A stretch of DNA of 63,478 bases, filler included, from Salisapilia sapeloensis CBS 127946 (lineage: Eukaryota > Protista > Oomycota): assembly GCA_023334545.1 (NCBI GenBank). It is 10 parts of 10 records of this genome, joined end to end, with 100 filler letters (N's around TTAATTAATTAA, not from the genome) between each part and the next. Parts side by side here need not be neighbours in the genome. Positions count along the whole stretch, not along the records: positions 57,568 to 59,769 come from JAADVB010000941.1; positions 59,870 to 61,706 come from JAADVB010001027.1; positions 61,807 to 63,478 come from JAADVB010001072.1; 7 more parts are not named here. One strand, given 5' to 3'. The position numbers and the translations under genes were made by a program. Positions 57,568 through 63,478 of the stretch are shown here, in pieces (position 1 is the stretch's first letter; every line of letters begins with the position of its first letter). The notes beneath the pieces are model-generated. The model made no database searches. It was not told the origin of the DNA and saw only the letters and a program-made list of their open reading frames with translations.

Positions 57568-59238
57568 CTGGTAACCTTCACGACGCTGGCGGACGATCTT
57601 GAAAATCACGTACGCGACGACCACGACCGTGTCGATGGCAATGACCACCAGCAGAACGTAGAGCCACAGGAACGGAATCACCATCGGCTCCGACGGGCGC
57701 GGCAGGCCGCTCTTCTCGCCGGTCTCGACCTCCGACACGTCCGCCGGGTAGTCGAACGTGGCGCACTTGCTCTCGCCGAAGATGAAGCACTCGTACAGAC
57801 TCAGGCCGTGCAGAGGACGCACCGCCGGCACCATGTGCCCTGCGCCCTTCACCGTCTTGAACGTCAGACCCTCCACATAGTCCTGCGCAAAGCCCGCCAC
57901 CTGCTGGTCCGGACCGAACCACGGAGCCCACTTGTTCTCGACCGTCAGGTCCAGCCCGGCCTTGCCGATCCAGCGCTCCGTGCCCAAAAAGTTCACCACC
58001 GAGTCCGCGTCGCCGCTGTAGATGAGCACCTTGTAGCCCTTGTTCAAGATGCTCTCGTACTTGGGCAGGGACGACGGAGGGATCGTGTACGCAGTGTTAA
58101 TGTCCATGTTGCACGCCGTCCAGTTCGTCGGCTTGGCCGCTCCGATGGCCTTCTGCACCTCTGGCAGGTTCAAGTACGTCTGCGTGAACTGGTCGGCGCA
58201 CGGACCGATCTCCACCCGCTTCTCCGTCGGAAGCCTCGGTCGAGGGGACATCTTCTTCTGCAGCGCCGCACCCTCCTCGTTGCCAAGCAGACACACGTCG
58301 CCGTACAAGTAGTACGGATCCAAGTGATCCATGGCGGCGTCCTCCATCGCCGTCGCCATGGCCGAAACACACGCCTCCGGACACTCGGCGCCGAACATGC
58401 ACGAGCCATGGAGCTCCCCGCAGGCCTCGTTGAGCGCCTCGTAGTCCTCCACCGGAATCAGCGCGTGCGAGTAAAAGTAGTCAAAGTAGGCGCTGCCGTC
58501 GATGGCCACGTCCGTCAGCGGGTTGCCGATCGCAAAGCCGCGGAAGTTCACGTTCTCGAGCGGGTCCTTCACCAGCAAGTCCGACAAGAACGGAATGTAC
58601 ATGCCGCCGTAGCTCTCGCCCGTGATGTAGAACTCCCGGCCCTGCAACTCCGGGTACGTCGCGAAGAACTTTTCCAAAAAGTTCTTAGTCTTGCCCGCCA
58701 CCACGTCGTCCTTGTAGTAGTCCGGCGACTGGAACACGTCGCTGAAGCCCACGCCCGCCGGCTGCTCCAGGTACACCATGTTCGTCTTGCGGTTCCACGC
58801 GTACCGGTTCGCCTCCAGCGTCATGTCCGGACGGACGATGAACGGGCCGTGCTCTGGCGAGAGTGCAAGATTAGGTTGGTGTGCCTGTCGGATAAGTAAG
58901 AGGAAGCGTACCGGTGAAGAAGCCTCCCAAAGATGAGCATCCGGGACCTCCGTTCAGCCACAGGACGATCGGGTCCTCGCTCGGCTCCGACTGACTCTCC
59001 ACGTACCAGTAGAAGAGGCTGCATGCACGGCATTAGTATCTACCGACGATAAATAGAGACACATGATATCCTAGACTCACTTTTCGCCCGAATCCAGCTC
59101 CAGGTAGCCCGTGTACTGGTCAAAAGGCACGTCTTCCGGCGCACCAGGAAGATCGGTCAAAAGCTGCTTGCTGGCCGTGCCTGCCACGACGCCCACCAAC
59201 GCCGCCGCGGCCGCTGTCACGGTCCGTAGGAAGTGCAT
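57568..59238 (-). CDS. Serine carboxypeptidase (peptidase S10) with signal peptide and C-terminal TM, 3' partial
   Basis: [37 protein letters not shown], catalytic GESYGG / SGDAD / GAGHMVP. Introns 59019-59080 and 58854-58911. Confidence 0.95.
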
Positions 59239-59608
59239 CGAGACGCAGACGAGTAGATCGAGTGTTTACGCGCGGGCGAATCAGGAAATGCGTCCAAGGA
59301 TGTGCTGCGGCCGGAGGAAAATTCGGACGATCTTCAAGCGGTGTATGAGTGTCCTGCCGAGCCGTGTGTTTCGTGTCGGCGGCCTTCATATCTGTTCTCA
59401 TGTCTTGTTCGTTGTGCATGACCCTCAAGTAGAACGGTAGTGCAAATATGCCCCGACTCGCCACCACGGAAGAGCTCGACGCTTGACCAGCAAAGCGTCA
59501 GGGGCACTTGAAGTGAAGTTGGCGTCAGACGAAGCGGATTGGCCAATCCAGCCGCTTCCGGGCCAATGAGACCGAAGCAGCAGCAACCACAGGCGACAAC
59601 TATCCGCC

Positions 59609-59769
59609 ATGCTCGTCACGGGAACTCGCGTCGGTGCTCGATCCCTCGTGCGGTCCGTCCGCCAGGCTGCAAATGGAACCCGTTCGTTCCACCGGTCTGT
59701 CGGCATCGTCGGCATGCCCAACGTCGGCAAGTCCACACTCTTTAACGCGCTCACCAAGACGGAGTCCGC
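59609..59769 (+). CDS. ychF: Obg-family ATPase YchF/OLA1-like with a mitochondrial-type presequence, 5' fragment
   Basis: Arg-rich leader, then VGIVGMPNVGKSTLFNALT. Confidence 0.85.
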
Positions 59770-59869
59770 NNNNNNNNNNNNNNNNNNNNNNNNNNNNNNN
59801 NNNNNNNNNNNNNTTAATTAATTAANNNNNNNNNNNNNNNNNNNNNNNNNNNNNNNNNNNNNNNNNNNN
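59770..59869. other. Artificial contig spacer
   Basis: N44-TTAATTAATTAA-N44. Confidence 0.99.
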
Positions 59870-60544
59870 GTGTGGCCTCATGGGTGCGACCATCGGGCGC
59901 AGCGTCAGCCGCTGTCCGAAGAGATTCCACTTTGTCTGTGCACCGACGTGTCGTCCCTGGAGCCAGACCCGAAGAAGAAGAGTCAGTTGTCGCGGTGATT
60001 CGACGTCCTGAGTGAATGAGAGAAGAGGATCTATGGGAGTCAAGAACGAAGTTGGGTGGTGCAAGCCATGGGAACCCAGTGATGTTTCAGGGGCAACATT
60101 GAATTTGAACATTTTGATAAAGGTAGCTAGAGAAGGTCGCGTAGGAGTTCAGTTCTAGACTTTCCGCCAAGCTAACAAGACCTACATTTTACTTGAACCG
60201 GTGCTTTTTCTCGGATCTAGCTATCTATCCGTGACACGATCGTTGAATGGAGACACGCATACTGTAAACTAGAGCCTAGTATTCCATTTTGACGATTTAC
60301 TCCATATAACCACACCTATCATTCTGAGGATCGGAACTGTCACTATTCCTCATTTCCAACATCTTGAAGCTCTTGTGGCAAGTCGACCGGAACGCGGAGA
60401 GCGCTGGCATAGACGCCGTCGAAGAAGTGGCAGGAATCTTCCGGACTGACGCTGCTGTTGTTTTTGAACCCGAACACAGCGACGCCGATGAATTTCGCGA
60501 TCTCTTCTTCGGCTTCCCGACCTACAGCAACCTTCACTTAGTCA

Positions 60545-61072
60545 TTAGAAGATCGACCCGACGCATGAATAAGCGTCGAAGATAGTGATTACCTGATTGT
60601 CTACAAACTCACGTAAAGATCTTTTCAGGTTCGTACGATACATAATCCCGTTCGCATAGTATACTGGCGGTCGGACAACGGTTGCACTCTCGCATTCCAG
60701 CTTATTGATAGTTCGACGAACATGATTGCCTCTCTGACCTTCGACTACTTTAAACGATCGCCTCCATTTATTTTCTGTCTTAGGATCGTGATTAGGAAGG
60801 CTACTGACAGATCGCGAGTGGCTATCTTGCACATAGCCGTGAATTTCTCTGGTGAGCTGGGTGAGTTCACGGAGACTATCTCCGTGTTGCTCTAAGACTT
60901 GTTCCAATAACCGTTCCGCTCGCACAGGGCGCTGTTCGGCTTGCACAGAGCGCTGTTTTTCACTGTGTAGATCGTTCACGAACTGGTCCACGTACGCTTC
61001 TCGTAGCTGAGGGTATTCACATGATAGAATTTGGGCGCGTAGAGCCGTAATTTGCTCGCGATTCATTGCCAT
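60545..61072 (-). CDS. Orphan 175-aa ORF (coiled coil plus a small C-terminal domain), possibly decayed or virus-derived
   Basis: Intronless open frame with natural-looking composition. A short downstream frame (60343-60537) may be a broken continuation. Confidence 0.45.
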   Translation of the reverse strand: MAMNREQITALRAQILSCEYPQLREAYVDQFVNDLHSEKQRSVQAEQRPVRAERLLEQVLEQHGDSLRELTQLTREIHGYVQDSHSRSVSSLPNHDPKTENKWRRSFKVVEGQRGNHVRRTINKLECESATVVRPPVYYANGIMYRTNLKRSLREFVDNQVITIFDAYSCVGSIF

Positions 61073-61311
61073 CCAAAAGAGTATTTCTAGCAGGTTGAAG
61101 GAGTTAAGAATGAAACACTTGAGTGGTTTGGCGAAAACCTCGGAGTGAGAGGCCAGGAAGGGGAAAACCCCAAGGGAAAAACCCTCCCTTGAAAATTCTA
61201 TTGAACTTCTTCATACTTGTATCCACGTCGAGCTAAGTCTGCGGAGCTCCGTCGGGTCCCATACGGACACCTTGTTTTTCATAGTAACTACTTGCAACAC
61301 AATTAGTCTGT

Positions 61312-61437
61312 ATGGCAACGTATCCCGATCGTGGTGAATTTCGCGGTAACCGTGAAAACATCGAGGTCGTTCAGCAATCTGACGTGGATCAAGGTCGTCC
61401 TGCAGAGTACTTTCACCCGCTTACTCCATGCGTCTAA
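61312..61437 (+). CDS. Possible 41-aa small ORF (MATYPDRGEFRG...)
   Basis: ATG to TAA, ending 24 nt before the next ATG. Below the ORF-track cut-off. Confidence 0.25.
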   Translation: MATYPDRGEFRGNRENIEVVQQSDVDQGRPAEYFHPLTPCV

Positions 61438-61461
61438 AAAAGTTAGTCCGATCATAATTGG

Positions 61462-61706
61462 ATGTCCCGGCTTGTCTACATGAGACTTTTAGGTTTCTCT
61501 AAGGAGTACCCAACGAATCACTACGTCTCTGGCATAATTCGATTAGGCTCTATCGACTTTGATGTCATCAAGAAGCACGCAGGTACGGTTAAAGATGGTC
61601 TCTTGACGTTTTGTGCATGGGCAACGAATGACGATTTTATGGAGAAGAACATTCCGATCGAGTTGGAGAAGATGTTGGGACCTGGGCCAAGACTAGAGCT
61701 TGCGAA
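61462..61706 (+). CDS. Orphan ORF, 5' fragment (MSRLVYMRLL...)
   Basis: Open to the contig edge with protein-like composition. No family can be named with confidence. Confidence 0.5.
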
Positions 61707-61806
61707 NNNNNNNNNNNNNNNNNNNNNNNNNNNNNNNNNNNNNNNNNNNNTTAATTAATTAANNNNNNNNNNNNNNNNNNNNNNNNNNNNNNNNNNNNNN
61801 NNNNNN
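61707..61806. other. Artificial contig spacer
   Basis: N44-TTAATTAATTAA-N44. Confidence 0.99.
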
Positions 61807-62266
61807 ATGAACTGATCGAAAACAGGCGCTTTGAGAGGTGGTGAACAGGATGTTGGTGGTGAAGGTTAGTCGATAGCAGGTTGTGGACGAGGGTATTCAG
61901 GCTAGTTCCAAAGCGATGGATTTCTTCATGGCATAAGCCATTCTTGACGATAGTTTGAAGTGAGATAACACAGTACCTCAAAACATTGGGAAGAATATTA
62001 AAGAAAGACCAGGAATGAAATTGCCATTGCCAAACATTGATATGAGCGAAGCCTTTTGCCAATAAGTGCAAATTTCTTGTTTTCAGTCTCATTATAGCTC
62101 AAACACAATACTTCTTCTAGTACTTTGATCAGGCAGTAGTGTAGTCATCCTGTCGGAGTCGCTGCTCAGTCATCTTCAGCCATGCCAATTGCCGACCACG
62201 CTCTGGATTGTTCGGAGAAAGCTCCGAACTGCTACCCCTCCATACATTCTCAATCATCGTATCCAA

Positions 62267-63478
62267 CTAGTCTTCACCCGAAGACCTCTGCTTGTACTCG
62301 ACAACGCTCAGGCTGTCATAACACGATGTCAGCTGAGCAAAAGCGCTCAATGAGTCTTCAGTGGAAGGACTACGCTGATCTGAGTCAAACTCGTAGACTT
62401 CACCAGCGCAGGATTCTTTGCCTGACAAGCCACTCGGTCCTTCCGTCAGCTGAGAGATCCTCAAGGGTTCGACCACGGTAGATCCACTACCGTCTACTTT
62501 ATACCTCCAGGCCAATATTTCTTGTCGGGCAGCTTTATACGAGCTGAGTTGATCGATGCCTTGATTATAGGTGGGTCAGAGGTAAGTCTGCTTGGTCGCT
62601 GGCTTCAACTTGGGAGCAACCTCGAATAGCTCGGTCGAAACAACGCGCTTCCGGCAGATGTATGAGTCACACAAAGTACACGGGAAAGCTTTGCGTAAAG
62701 AACCAAATCTCCTCTTGTAGGATCGGCATTCTGACTTGTTTTCACTTTCGCTGGCGCCAAGGAAGGCTATGCCATCATCTTTGTCAACGTTTTTCCTCTG
62801 GAGGAGCCACAAGAGTTTCTTTTGTTTCGCAGAGTGGGCGGATGCGCAATTATCCATAAGTACACTGGCCACAGCGACAACAGCGATAGAAGCGAGAAGG
62901 TTATTTTCAAGTACTTCGTAGTATGCCTTAACAAGCACTTCAATTGATTGATCCGAAATGGGCTTGAAAAGAACACAAGACGAACCGAGGGTTCGTATGA
63001 TGCCTTTTTCTTTAAGCGGTGGAGTACACGGCAAGTCGACTCAATGTGCGAGGTTACACCTAATACGCTCGTCTTTACTAATTTGGAGGATTCCAGTCGC
63101 TCGGATGTAAACGATATCTCGGTCTTTGACAACACCTCGGAGTGCTGTAGTTGGACTACCGGCATGCCATCGGTGGAGTGTGCGGCGATATGGATGTTCT
63201 AGAGTTGGCTTCTCAATCGTCTCGAGAATCTGGAAATTCGTATGCGGTTGTCCGGCGTAGTTCCCACTTTGTAACATTGCTGCCTCATCGCCGTTCACGG
63301 GACCGAATAGGATGTCATCCATACTATTTGGGATCGTCCCATTGCCGACCATGATATGAGGCATTTGCCATCCAGCACTGTCAGTACATTAAATTTTCGC
63401 CACGCGTCGAGATGGGTTTCGCTCACGGTGCATGGTCACATTTCTGAATGCCTTAATGGTTTCTCAACGCTTACTATC
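62267..63478 (-). pseudogene. START-like plus degenerate FYVE-type zinc-finger family pseudogene (paralog of the contig C genes)
   Basis: Same frame from the window end: DSKR*ETIKAFRNVTMHRERNPSRRVAKI*CTDSAGWQMPHIMVGNGTI...DRDIVYIRATG...H*VDLP...CTLCDSYIC. In-frame stops at 63464-63466, 63389-63391 and 63041-63043. Confidence 0.88.

Noticed and set aside
63041-63043. In-frame TGA between two collinear ORFs as readthrough, selenocysteine or an alternative code
   Set aside because: The same frame has two more stops, including a TAA, and other genes terminate normally at TGA. Ordinary pseudogenisation explains it.
1-63478. Prokaryotic operons, tRNA, rRNA, CRISPR arrays, telomeric repeats
   Set aside because: Spliceosomal introns and eukaryote-specific genes dominate. 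No cloverleaf, rRNA-like, repeat-spacer or TTTAGGG arrays were seen by eye; tRNAscan-SE and Infernal would be needed to exclude small RNAs.

Overview
This is eukaryotic draft-assembly DNA, most likely from an oomycete (inferred from 49-68 nt GT-AG introns, an oomycete-type Inr/FPR core promoter, a START/FYVE-like gene family and the protein content). It is not one locus. Ten contigs are joined by nine artificial 100-nt spacers (N44-TTAATTAATTAA-N44): A 1-21434, B 21535-37704, C 37805-40095, D 40196-45610, E 45711-48636, F 48737-55908, G 56009-57467, H 57568-59769, I 59870-61706, J 61807-63478. A and B are compact housekeeping blocks (PP2A B''-gamma, a USP, GCDH, AP-1 gamma, FNTA, a CDF transporter, AP-1 mu, GluRS, a sphingomyelinase-like protein, a PH-pseudokinase, a triple NURR-like protein). 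C is an inverted pair of START/FYVE-family paralogs that are almost identical except for a 54-nt hypervariable patch, and J is a decayed third copy. D holds decayed Harbinger and pogo transposons. E has glutamine synthetase II. F is an intronless >2390-codon surface protein with bacterial-adhesin-like repeats, REJ, EGF-like and GPS modules. G is very AT-rich with no recognisable gene. H has an S10 carboxypeptidase and a YchF 5' end. I has small intronless orphan ORFs. The inverted ends of A and C are each identical for exactly 141 nt, which points to a k=141 de Bruijn assembly and not to true element termini. I saw no rRNA, tRNA or CRISPR. I cannot claim a proven new system; the best leads are the contig C mosaic inverted pair and the contig F giant receptor.
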